The notes under the pieces are model-generated. The model made no database searches and was not told the DNA's origin. It was given only the letters and a program-made list of their open reading frames with translations. The position numbers were made by a program, and so were the translations under genes. Source: Octopus sinensis (lineage: Eukaryota). From it: a stretch of DNA of 49,866 nucleotides. Positions 37,259 to 48,846 of this stretch are shown piece by piece; within the stretch, counting starts at the first letter, position 1, and each line of letters starts with the position of its first letter. The stretch lies in NCBI RefSeq assembly GCF_006345805.1, contig NW_021834421.1, positions 1-49,866 of the forward strand. The letters run 5' to 3'.

Positions 37259-37876
37259 ATACACAACATTACAGCGCAAGAATAGCCATTCAATGGACTG
37301 TTTTGGGATAATCAGAAATTACCTATAACCGGTAAACTGTAGCTCCTTATTGGTCCTGTCGTGGTCTATACTACCATTGGTCCTATAAGTGGAAAAGGGG
37401 GATGTTAACGTCTCTGTTACCAAGATAGGGAGGGTGAGCGCATTTAGGACGATGTAAATCGGGCTTGTATCTATTGTAGGTAGACAGAACTAATTTACAA
37501 GAGTTAGCGTGAATGGTATTTACTCTGGATCCACGGCTATTGGCAATTCAAAATTCTGATCTATGAAGATGTCTGGTGAATAGAAAAAAAATCAGTAAGT
37601 AGCAGAGATCGACTGAATAAGCAGCGGACAAATAACCAAAGAGCTCGGTTTGATAAAAAACGATTGAAACCTTTGGAATTCTTAAAAAACTTGACCGCAT
37701 GTCAGTCATTGGAACCAGTTAAGTATGCCTGTGTATGTACATATGTATGAAAGTTCATACACACACACGAATGTATGTATGCATGTATGTATGTATGTAT
37801 GTATGTATGTATGTATATGTATGTATGTATGTATGTATGTATATATGCATGTATGCAGCATGCATGCATGTATGTA

Positions 37877-39143
37877 TTAGGATGTCAAGAAAGTTCTTGC
37901 GGAATTTTAAATTTTGGTTTTAAATGCTGTATTATCAAATTAGTTTTCGTTAAATTACTTTGACTTTATATATCATTTTAAAGCCCGTTTTTCGCTCTAT
38001 CTCTTCTTTTTTAATAATTAGGCCATTTTTTCCGGAACGTTGAATACAACATGGACAAAAAAGCAAATTCGCAGAATTTTCTTATTCCAGTTCAACCTAT
38101 GCCGAAAAGCTGCTGAAACAGCTCGCGATAACTACGATGAGTTTGGCCCAGGAACCACTAATGAACGAACAGCACAATGGTGGTTCAAGAAATTTCGAAG
38201 CGGTGACGAGAGTCTTGAAGATGATAAGCGTAGTGGTTGGCCATAGAATGTCGACAGCGATCAACTTAGAGCCTAAGTCGAAGCTAATCCACGCACAACT
38301 GTTCGAGAGCTTGCTTCTGAATTAGACGTAACGTATACGACAATTTCCAACCACTTGAAAGAGATTGGAAAAACAAAAATATTTGAGAAATGGGTGCCGC
38401 ACGAATTGAACGACAACCCCCACCCCCAAAAAAACGCCGTTTTGAAGTGTTGTCTTCCCTTCTTTTACGCAACAAGAAAGACCCGTTTCTCGACCGGATT
38501 GTGACTTACGATGAAAAGTGGATTCTTTACGACAACCAGCGACGCTCAGCTCAGTGATTGGACGCCGACGAAGCTTTACGGCACTTCCCGAAGCCAAAGT
38601 TGCACCAAAAGAAGGCCATTGTGACTGTTTGGTGGTCTGCGGCCGGTCTCATCCATCACAGCTTTTTGGATGCAGGCAAAACAATTACGGCGGAGAAGTA
38701 CTGTCAGCAAATGGTGTGAAATGCATAAGAAACTCCGACAATAGCCAACATTGATCAATAGAAAAAGGACCAATTCTTCTCCACGTCAACGCTCGGCCGC
38801 ACGTCGCAGAAGTTGAACGAATTGGGCTACGAACCTCTGCCTCGTCTGTCATACTCACTAGACCTCTCGCCTACTGACCATCACTTTTTCAAGCATCTCG
38901 ATAACCTCCTTTGTGAGAAAGGCTTCAAAAACCAAGACGATGCCAAACACGCCTTCAACGACTTCATCGCCACCAGAACGCAGGAGTTTTACGCTACTGT
39001 CAAAAATAAACTTGTTTCGCGTTGGGAAAAGTGTGTTGATTTTGATAGTGTTTATATTTCGATTAATAAAGTTTTGTTTGAGCCGAGATATATGCATCTG
39101 AATTTAAAGGTTAAAAACGGCAAGAACTTTCTTGACAACTTGA
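37877..39143 (+). mobile_element. Full-length decayed mariner (Hsmar1/cecropia-like) inserted in (TATG)n
   Basis: TIRs TTAGGATGTCAAGAAAGTTCTTG / CAAGAACTTTCTTGACAACTTGA with TA TSDs; QWWFKKFRSGDESLED, WVPHEL, DEKWILYDN, YSLDLSPTDHHFFKHLDN; stops and frameshifts. Confidence 0.95.
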
Positions 39144-39336
39144 TATGTATGTATGTATGTACGTACGTATGTATGTATGTATGTATGTATGTATGTATGT
39201 ATGTATGTATGTATGTATGTATGTATGTGCATAAATATATGTATATATATTGTATATATATTGTGATCTCTTGAGCACCACCACCAAAAAATTTTTTTCC
39301 TCTGTCTTCCCTTCTCAGGATCTTTCCTTCTCCTTT

Positions 39337-39371
39337 GTTTCCGACGAAGAGCTCCCCTCGAAACGTTAAAC
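39337..39371 (+). ncRNA. Minimal hammerhead-like motif, core variant CCGACGA
   Basis: GUUU-CCGACGA-A-GAG(CUCCC)CUC-GAAA-CG-UU-AAAC: ACGU palindrome, 4-bp helix I; within a short element ending in (TA)n (about 39262-39468). Confidence 0.5.
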
Positions 39372-39719
39372 CCTCCTTCCCTTCTTTCCTGAGCGTCAAT
39401 AATACTTTAATTGTTCCACGTCCTCGCGTTGCTGTGTTTTTTTCTGTGTTTTCTTGTTTGGATTAACTATATATATATATATATATTATATATATATATA
39501 TATATATATCGGACATATTGAGGTTTGTGTGTTTAGATATATAAAATACATACGGGAAAATTTTCATGGAAAAGTTTGCAGATTCATTTACTGAAACTAT
39601 CTAATGTAGGGCATGAATGATGTAAACAAGATGAGAAACGCATATTTACTGAAACCCATACATATATACACACATATGTGTGTGTATGTATATGAATACA
39701 CACACACACACACACACAT

Positions 39720-39754
<35 letters not shown>

Positions 39755-39889
39755 ATATATATATATATATTATATATATTATATATATATTATAAATGAG
39801 GGTGAAAAATCGATATTAATTTAATAATACCGTCAATTTAACACCAAGTGCTTAGCACAAAAAACTACGGAGGAAATACAAATTTATAC

Positions 39890-40091
39890 ATAAATTATTA
39901 GAGAGTCATCCACTATGTGGATAACTCTAGTGCTAAAAATAGCTCCGAAGCAACCACAGAAGATCCGTTTCCAACTAGAATCAACACAAATGTGTGTTGA
40001 TTCTAGTTGGAAACGGATCTTCTGTGGTTGCTTCGGAGCTATTTTTAGCACTAGAGTTATCCACATAGTGGATGACTCTCTAATAATTTAT
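39890..40091. repeat. 202-bp palindrome (99-bp perfect arms, AATG loop)
   Basis: Base-by-base symmetry about 39990/39991 with a single mismatch at 39989/39992. Confidence 0.97.
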
Positions 40092-40436
40092 ATATATATA
40101 TATACATATATATATATACAAAGGTATATGTATACATACACATACATATACTTTTATGTAAAGATATTCATGCATACACACATACACATGTGTGTGTGTG
40201 TGTTGTGTGCGTTTTTATGTGCTCGTTTTCATATGTGAGTGTGTGTGTTATCTATTTGCCTAATTTAACCATATGCCATTAGGACAAATTAACACGCGCT
40301 GTAGTAAATTTCGTGCTAATTAAACCTTGGTCTGATTTGTATTTATTTAGCCGACTGTAATGTCCGGTTTGATCAAATTAATGTGGTGATGGTGGTGGTG
40401 AGGGCTGGAATTAGTGACGGAGTGTGATGTGCTTAC

Positions 40437-40681
40437 TGGAATACATGGAGTGGTATGGACGTAATGAATCTGTCTACAAATTCCAGCAACGCTACAATCG
40501 TTGTAGACGCAAATGGATCGGTTAGGAAATTTGTCAAACAGATATATAATTTTCTTCAGCACAAACACGCCTAATTCGATTGGCAGATTTGGCAGAACGT
40601 CGAACTTAATTCCATGTGATTGTTGGTCAAATTCTGCGTTGGCTCGAATCTTTCCGAAGTCGCTTTTGTTTTTCATACTTC
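40437..40681 (-). CDS. Candidate internal exon (81 codons, SMKNKSDFG..NLPIELGVFVLKKII..HTTPCIP)
   Basis: Acceptor TCTTTTGAATCCCAG, donor CCA|GTAAGC, open frame beginning just after an upstream stop; weak F-box-like LPxELxxxVLxxI. Confidence 0.25.
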
Positions 40682-40721
40682 CTGGGATTCAAAAGATACC
40701 TACCAATTTCATTAATATATA

Positions 40722-40790
<69 letters not shown>

Positions 40791-40795
40791 ATATA

Positions 40796-40848
<53 letters not shown>

Positions 40849-40850
40849 AT

Positions 40851-41678
40851 AGGGCTAAATTTGACATTTGTTGCATAAAAAGAAAAGAAAACACTGTATC
40901 CTAGTCAAAAAGAAAAGCATTTTAAAATATCAAAAAATATCAATTAGATTATGGCTGGGTGATAACAGTTTAATTGAAGCAACCATCCTCAGCTTCCAAC
41001 ACAGCCTCAAGGCAGCTCTGGAATATGGTGCATACGTTTCTTCCCGGGATGACTTCCAACACCTCCTTGATCTTGGCCACCTGCTCGGCCTTGGTGTTTC
41101 AGAAGTTGGCCTCTTTCTCAACTGCACTCCACTCTTAATATTACAATCGGGGTAATATTAGGAGGCCAGAAATTGGGGCTTGTGAAGTCGTAGAAATTTT
41201 CCGACAACCATTTCTGACTCCGGAGGTATGGCAAAGAGCCGAATCCTGCTGTCACACATTTGGCCTTCCAACAGCAACTATTTCCAGTCAATGTTTGATC
41301 CAGCAGCTTCACAAAGCCATGTGAATTTAGCCTAAGACCTTGTTCAAATATGTGGGGTTGAACTCCAGCGTGCGGACGTAGTCAAAACGCCTGCTGGTCA
41401 CGGCTTCATTGTCCCCGTTGCTTCTGTTCATGTCACGTCTTACAGACTTTATTGTGTTCACAGAGATTTGAGAAGCAGTCATGATGAGGTCAGCATCTTG
41501 GCACCCGGCTCAAATCATGAGGATTTTCCAATATTCAGAGGGTTTCCAGTTCTCCACATCAGCTAACTTTTATTCCTCTTCATCTTTGCTGTCCAACACC
41601 GTTGACTGTTCAGCAATGCATCAAGCTATTCCTGAAAAAAGGAAACAAACATTCACCAAATTTAGCACGAACACCCTG
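40851..41678 (-). mobile_element. Internally deleted DD37D-like Tc1/mariner element
   Basis: Right TIR CAGGGTGTTCGTGCTAAATTTG+TA, partial left AGGG..CTAAATTTG; MENWKPSEYWK N-terminus joined to PHIFEQGLRLNS; SQKWLSENFYDFTSPNFWPPN. Confidence 0.8.
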
Positions 41679-42484
41679 TAATTGATAGTCTAACTTCTCA
41701 TCTGTTTTGTAATGGTAAAATGTTGAGGTAGAATTAGTAAAGCGGCTTCAGGTATATTGTCTGGTGACATTTTGTAGTGTTATTTCATGTTTTGTATTCG
41801 AATCTCGCTGAGGTCGTCTTTTTATTTCAACTCACCGATGTCGACAAAATAAAGTGACAGTGACTACAAGAATCGATTTAATCGCTTTAGATACTGTCTC
41901 TAATATCTGAGGTCTTCGCCTTATACTTAAACTCCATTTTTGCAACAGTAAGAAGGGAGCTAAAATCTGTAGACCGCCTGATACGGAGCCTTTATAGCAG
42001 TTCTATTTTCGTTAAGGCCAAAGATCAAATATGGCCACTGTTAACTCACCATTTTGTCGCTTCAAAATCGATACACATTGAGTTGTCAGTTAGATTTGTT
42101 GGTTTTCTATGTTATTAGAATTAGCACGAAAAATATATATAACGTTATGTTTTATGATTTTTTGTAGCACTCTTCTCTCTCTACAAGTGTCGTCTATCGT
42201 TTTTGAAATTTGAATAAATTTTAAGTCTTTCCAGACAAATGACGATGAAGTGCCAAGTAGGAATAAGAAAGGAAGCAAACAAACAAACAAACAAACAAAC
42301 AAACAAACAAAAAAAGCGAACATTTACGACAATTGCCTCTCTTCACTTTCAATTAAGATTCCAAGGCGTCCACAGTGGCTCGAGACATTTGCGCTGTGTA
42401 AGAGAAGTCGGTTTAGGGTGTCAGGCCTGAAGATAAATACTCTATCAAGGGTATATGGTTGCTACTTTTGGCAGGTCGAGCGAT

Positions 42485-42535
42485 GAAACAGACATTCCGT
42501 AATTACTGAGGTTTAATCACTTTATCAACGTTTTC
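42485..42535 (-). ncRNA. Decayed hammerhead-like motif
   Basis: AAACG-UUGAUAA-A-GUGAUU(..)AAUUAC-GGAA-UG-UC-UGUUU; A13 is mutated to G. Confidence 0.3.
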
Positions 42536-43915
42536 CCTTCAAAGTGTACATCTCATCAAAGAGTATTGAGATAGATAAGTATATAGATTGATAGATAGAC
42601 AAAGAAGAGAGAGAGAGAGAGAGAAGAGAGAGAGGGAGAGAAAGAAAGAGAGAGAGAGAGAGGGAGAGAGAGAGGGAGAGAGAGAAAGAGAAGACGGGAG
42701 AGAAAGACTGAGAGATTGAGAAAGTGTACACTTAGACAAAAATATCCTCCGTCAAAGAATACCTGCAGTCAATGATATGGCTTGGAGGAAATACCTCAGG
42801 AGTGCCTTCTGTATAATATATACTGTACATCAGGGTCTCACAGCGAAAAAGAAAACGTCTATTAACGGAGATTATCCTTGTAAAACATAAAGATAAAGAT
42901 GGTTGAACTCTAAAATCTTCAATCAACTGGTCTTATAAGTGTTAGCTCCCTTGAAAATTGTTTTTAGACTTTAAACAACATAGCGATAAGTTTGTTTAAT
43001 AACAGTCATAGCTGTTCAAATTTGTCTAGCTCTCTGTATTACGTATGTGAAAAACGAGGCGCTATTGTCTTTGCATCTAGTCAAAAGGTGCACCTGATTA
43101 AAAATGGAGACTTATTCACAGAGAGGGCCGACCAGTAAAAGAGTGCCAAGTCAAAATATACTCCTCACTTGTACACAAGACCCTAGTATTTATATCAATT
43201 AATTCAAATAGACTTTCTTATCATTTGCTACTAGGCTGGTCCAGATTACCGTTTAGTTTTCGTAAGCTGATGAAAATACTTTCTTTAACTAAATGACACC
43301 ACCGAAAAATTGCATATTTGGATTAAATTTTGCAACGTAATATTCTCGGCAAGCATATTCGGTTAATTCTCTCCAGGCAATCCTTCCAATTTCACATTTG
43401 TAACTCGTTGGGAGTAAAATCTGTATTTCGTCTGGCAAAATATGAAAATGATATTGCGACTGACAGGTGTCTCACGTTTCAATAAACATATTTGATATAT
43501 TAACGAACATATTTATATATTCATGGGTGAGGTGCACACTTTCGGATTTATGCACGTATGTATGCTCCCATGCACATACCTCGTTTATGAATCTACAGAT
43601 ATAAGGAGCAAGCACCTATATAACAGACTTTTCCCTTATATGTGCATGTGCGGACGTGTTTTATGCGTGTGTCTACACACACACATACACACACACAAGC
43701 ACACACACAGTGCCTTTAAATACACACGCACACACACACACGTATATATATGAATTTTATACACAATCTTAAACAAACATATAAACGAATACATATACAT
43801 ACACACACACACATATATATACACACACACACATATATATATTTAAGTTTACATGTATGTGTGTATGTATAATTGTATATATTTATGTCTGTCTGTCTGC
43901 CTGCCAGTCTGTTTC

Positions 43916-43987
<72 letters not shown>

Positions 43988-44096
43988 CCAGTCTGTCTGT
44001 CTATTCATGTATATATAAATATATATATATATATATATTTGTAAAAAAGAAGTTTGAAAACGTCACTATACTACGTCAATTTTAATTTTCTTATGA

Positions 44097-44141
44097 ATTT
44101 TACATGTTTCGGTTCCTGAAAAAACGAACCTTATCAAAAAT
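44097..44141 (-). ncRNA. Minimal type-I hammerhead with compensatory U3-A8 core
   Basis: AUUU-UUGAUAA-GGUUC(GUUUUUUCAG)GAACC-GAAA-CAUG-UA-AAAU: perfect 5-bp helix II, ACAUGU palindrome, 4-bp helix I. Confidence 0.65.
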
Positions 44142-44463
44142 ATTTTAAAAAGTAAAGTGTAATAGAAAAGTTCATAATTTTTTCTTACTGGTCTCAATAG
44201 AATCCATGTGGTGGTGTTTTGTCGGTTGTAGGTATAATAGTTATAAATTTCAAGTTGAGTATAGTAAAGAAATTCATTATTGTTTCTTGCTGGTATATAT
44301 GTTTATATATATACATATATATAAACATATATATATATGTGTACATACACATTATATATATATATATACAAAATAAGAAAATGGAGGATATATTCCTTAC
44401 AGATAATACCAATTCATATGAGTGGGTTACACTCATAACCACTATCTCATTTTGTACGTAGAT

Positions 44464-44505
<42 letters not shown>

Positions 44506-44654
44506 TACATACACACGCACATATTCAGCCTCACAGTGGTGCTCCACCGTGACCGCAACCGCAACCGCATGACTGAAACTAATAAAAGAATAAAAGAATA
44601 TAAGCACATATATACACTTGGGCAAACAAATTATTTCACATAATTACGCACACC

Positions 44655-44720
<66 letters not shown>

Positions 44721-46053
44721 ATATATATATACATGCATATACACATACATATATATGTATATATACAAACCTGTAAAATGAGCTGATATATATAAATATA
44801 AACAAACATATGTATACTAGCGAAAATGCACACTTGAACACGTAATCAAATGTCGACACGACTGCATGCAGATCTTGCGAGGGGGGTGAAGAAAAAAGAA
44901 ACTGAAGAGCAGAAGAGGGGGAGAAGGAGGTGACATAGAAAAACGGGAGAATGGGAAGAGGTGCGAGAGAGCATAGAAAGTGAAAGTAGGCGAAGGGAAG
45001 AAAAAAGTGGGAGAATGATGAGGACTAAAAAAAAAAGGAAGGAAGATGCAGTGAAGAAAGGCAGTAAGGTAGATGGGGGGGGGGGAATTTCGTGCCTCTG
45101 TTCCTCTCCAATTATTCCAGATTTCTTCTTACTATACCGGAATGGTCATATCTGCAGACTTAATTTCATCATGGCTGATTTCGTGCCTACAACGGAACTT
45201 CTAGTTGTTCTCATATCCTGCTCAATAAAACTGTCGAAATCTTAAAATAAAATAAAATAAAATAAAATGAGGTAAAAATATAAAAATGAAAAAATAAAAA
45301 AGAAATATATAATGAAATTCTGAAATATAAAAAAGTAAATGAAAAAATAACGGAAGAATGGAAAAAAAAACATGAAGTAAAAAAGAACAACAAATTTTCT
45401 CGATAGTCTAAAAATGAGAAAAAAAAAACTCCCCAAAAACTAGAAAGTCTTCTTTCGCCCGGGGAAAATCTTATATAGCAGCGCCAATTAAGGAACTTCT
45501 ATGAGAACGCTCAACCTGCTAGAAATAACTGTCAACTTTATATCATATCACATCCTGCCATCGTAGAAATTAAGGGAAGACACTTCGCAAAAAATGATTC
45601 TAGGAATATGACGCATAGTCACGAATTGAATGCTTTTTATTTCGACATAGCATTGCGATATCAGGGTTGGGTTGCTTGGGATTGAATAACACCAGCAGGA
45701 GCAGCAACTGCAGCACCAAAAACAACAACAACAACAACAACAATAGCAAGCAGGTGTGATCCCCGCGACAAGCTTCATATCGACTTTAGAAGGACTGACA
45801 CCATTCGATAATGTTGCCCTACGACAAGGTTATGTGTGTATGATTAGTGAAATGGTCACCGTTGGAAAACCTTTGATCACTGTGTAGGCTCAATCTATGC
45901 TGACATGGGTGGGTGTAGATAATCACAATAAAAGGAACGACAAAAAACAAAAAAAAAAACAGTACTAAAACAAGAGAAAGCAAAAGGTGGAGACTTTTAG
46001 ATTATGAATTCTTTTTAGAATGAACATATGGATATTTATATTAATAGATCCGT

Positions 46054-46332
46054 GGAGGCGCAATGGCCCAGTGGTTAGGGCAGCAGACACGCGGTTTCGA
46101 TTCCCAGACCGGGCGTTGTGAGTGTTTATTGAGCGAAACACCTAAAACTCCACGAGGCTACGGCAGAGGGTGGTGGCGATCCCTGCTGTACTCTTTCTCC
46201 ACAACTTTCTCTCACCCTTTCTTTTGTTGCTCGCGGGGTGGCGTCATTTGAAGGCAAAAACAATGCGAAGTGCATTGTAACCAGCAATGTGTAGCAACAT
46301 CTGATAGCCTGGTCAGTCACGGTGATCACGGG
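46054..46332 (+). mobile_element. tRNA-derived SINE (GGAGGCGCAATGGCCCAGTGGTTAG head)
   Basis: A box TGGCCCAGTGG, B box GTTTCGATTCC, non-tRNA 3' body. Confidence 0.8.
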
Positions 46333-47011
46333 GATTAGTAAATCCAACTTACACAGAGTAGAAACGACAGAGGAAATCAAAAGCGGTGGAAGAAAGGGGT
46401 TATAAGTCCAACAGCTGTTTCTAGGAGCTCGGTAATCCATAATAATGCTGGTTGATTTAGTTCATCACAATACGCGGCCATATGGATACAATTAACGTTG
46501 GATGAGACGAGGCTAGGTGTATATATGGGTATAATGGATATGTGCGCTTGATGTTTGTATCCATGTGTGTGAATACCAGTTGCACACAGGTAATTTTGCG
46601 CATTCGTTCATCCTGGGGAACTGAAATGAAGAAACTGGAATATTTTACAAATCTTCACTCTATCATTCGGTTACATCCAATCAATTGGATTTGGTGGGTG
46701 TGTGTGTGTTTGATTTATACTTTCTTAAAAATTCCCTGCAAATTTGTTGTTATTGTTGCATTGCCTAGTATATCTATGATAATAGATGCTAATAAAACTC
46801 CATGGTACAGCCGTTAACGCCTGTTCCTGCTTACGAAGAGGTATTGGGTTCGATTATTGCGGAAATGCCTGCTGCAGATTATTGCGGAAATGCCTGCTGC
46901 AGATTTTCAATGACGGTGCCCTAGCATTGGCCGAGCCTCAGCCTCTGGCCGATACCGATAATGGAAAATAAAAAATAAAAATGCATGATCTCTACTTTTG
47001 ATAAATTGGCG

Positions 47012-47524
47012 GAATTCTGGTTTAAGCAACCTGTATAACCTCTCAGCTTAAAAAATTTTTTTGGTATTTTCAGAAAATTTAGTCGAATTTGTGTTCTACA
47101 CACGACAATACATACAAAAAGAGGAAAAAAATAAGTTTTTGTGTATGTGATTTAAGGGAAATTTAGCTACTGTTTTTAGCACATGCTACCACCACCGGAT
47201 GCCGTCCTCGTTTCTTTGCCTCTCTGACATGTATTGATGTTTTTCAATATTTTTCTCTCTATAAACACATTTAATGGAATAATAATGCATACAAGAGTGG
47301 TCCATTTAAGAAATAAAATCGGACTGTCATATTTTAAACTCTGATAAAAAGAAAAGATTCGAAAAAAAAAAAAAAAGAAACTTTAAGGTTTATGAGGAAG
47401 GGGTGATTTTTAAAAATAATTGTATGACTTCAGTGTGTAGAACACAAATTCACAAAAAAATTCTGAAAATACCAAACAATATAAAAGTCCTGAGAGGTTA
47501 CATGGAATGTTTAAACCAGAATTC
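47012..47524. repeat. Diverged about 90-bp inverted repeats (47012-47103 / 47433-47524), MITE-like
   Basis: GAATTCTGGTTTAA..GGTATTTTCAGAA..GAATTTGTGTTCTACACAC mirrored; mirrored ORFs in the track. Confidence 0.75.
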
Positions 47525-47860
47525 TTGCCACAAATTTCGACGAGTCGTTTACATTCCACAAGTAGCTTTTATTCCCTATTTCATGGAAGAATGTAATTGC
47601 ATCAGATCATGGTGTCTATCCCGAGATGGTGTACTTTTTGACTGGTATAAAAATCCTTCCTGTGGACAGCATTTGGCGGCAATTTCATATCTTATCAAAA
47701 GGTGGTATCATTTTTCGGCAGCTGCTAATGATATGTGTCATATCTACCACACTGGTACGACATAGTCGGCAGGTATTTTCTTTCACTGGTGTTGTAGTTT
47801 GGAGAAAATTGAGGGTACCCCTATCCCTTTCCGCCCCACTTTTTAAAAATCTTACATCCT

Positions 47861-48260
47861 TTTCTTGTTTCAGTCATTAGAGTGCGGCCATGCTGGGGCA
47901 CCACCTTGAGGAATTTCAGTTGAATTAATCGGCTCCAGTATTTCTTTTCTTTCAAAGCCTTGTACTTATTCTACCGGTCCCCTTTGCCGAACCGCTAGCT
48001 TACGGGGACGTAAACACACCAACAGCGGTTGGTAAGTGATGCTGGTGGTGGGAACAAACAAACACACAAAGACACACAAACACACACACACATATATACG
48101 GCGGTCTTCTTTTAGTTTCCGTCTACCAAATCCACTCACAAGGCTTTGGTTGACTCAAGCCTATGGTAGAAGACACTTGCCCTAGGTACCAAGCAGTGGG
48201 AATGATTCCGGAACCACGTGGTGGGAAGTAAACTTCTTACCACACAGCCACGCCAGCGCC
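47861..48260 (-). mobile_element. SINE family A, full length
   Basis: Reverse complement of the family A head, body and tail. Confidence 0.9.
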
Positions 48261-48418
48261 ATTAACGAAACGTTTTGTACCATTGTTCTGTCTTAACATC
48301 GAAGTTGTATCTTTTTATGGGGAATGTGATGTATCAATTATATATAGGTCCAAGAGAACTTTCTCTTTCTCTCATGTATGCATGTAACTATATATGTCAG
48401 GTTACTCTGAGTACTGTT

Positions 48419-48652
48419 GGCGGCGAGCTGGCAGAATCGTTAGCAGGCCTGGCGAAATGCGTAGCCGTATTTCGTCTGCCGCTACGTTCTGAGTTCAAAT
48501 TCCGCCGAGGTCGACTTTGCCTTTCATCCTTTCGGGGTCGATAAATTAAGTACCAGTTACGCACTGGGGTCGACGTAATCGACTTAATCAATGTGTCTGT
48601 CCTTGTTTGTCCCCTCTGTGTTTAGCCCCTTGTGGGTAGTAAAGAAATAGGT
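48419..48652 (+). mobile_element. SINE family B, full length
   Basis: Near-identical to 23926-24156. Confidence 0.95.
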
Positions 48653-48846
48653 AACGAGTACAACCTCTCGCATGGTCGAGTCATCAGCGATGAAACGGTA
48701 ACCCTACGAAGTATGCTTGATAAGGAAGTTGGTTTTCGTTGGACATTGTGCTGAGTGAAAAACAGAACCTTTCAAAGTACTGATGAGCTCTGTCGAGTCA
48801 ACGGAGATGCGAGACCCTTAGCCATTATTTAGGCATCTTACTTGAT

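Noticed and set aside
38040-39100. SETMAR-like host gene
   Set aside because: Transposase only, bounded by TIRs and TA TSDs, with stops; no SET domain
39622-39649. GTAAA-CAAGATGA-GAAA-CGCA-TA-TTTAC hammerhead remnant
   Set aside because: No helix II and an altered core; could arise by chance
42541-42730. AAAGTGTACA direct repeat flanking a (GA)n tract as a TSD
   Set aside because: Only 10 bp and no recognisable element inside
45130-45245. Exon after the long minus-strand T-rich tract
   Set aside because: All three frames from the main acceptor contain stops before the GTAAGA donor
2735-48450. tRNA genes suggested by A/B boxes
   Set aside because: No complete cloverleaf; each continues into a repeated SINE body
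48650-48695. Minus-strand CTGATGA-CTCG..CGAG as a hammerhead
   Set aside because: No GAAA after the stem
48770-48830. CTGATGA (48780) with a following stem as a hammerhead
   Set aside because: Followed by GAGA rather than GAAA, and helices I and III cannot form
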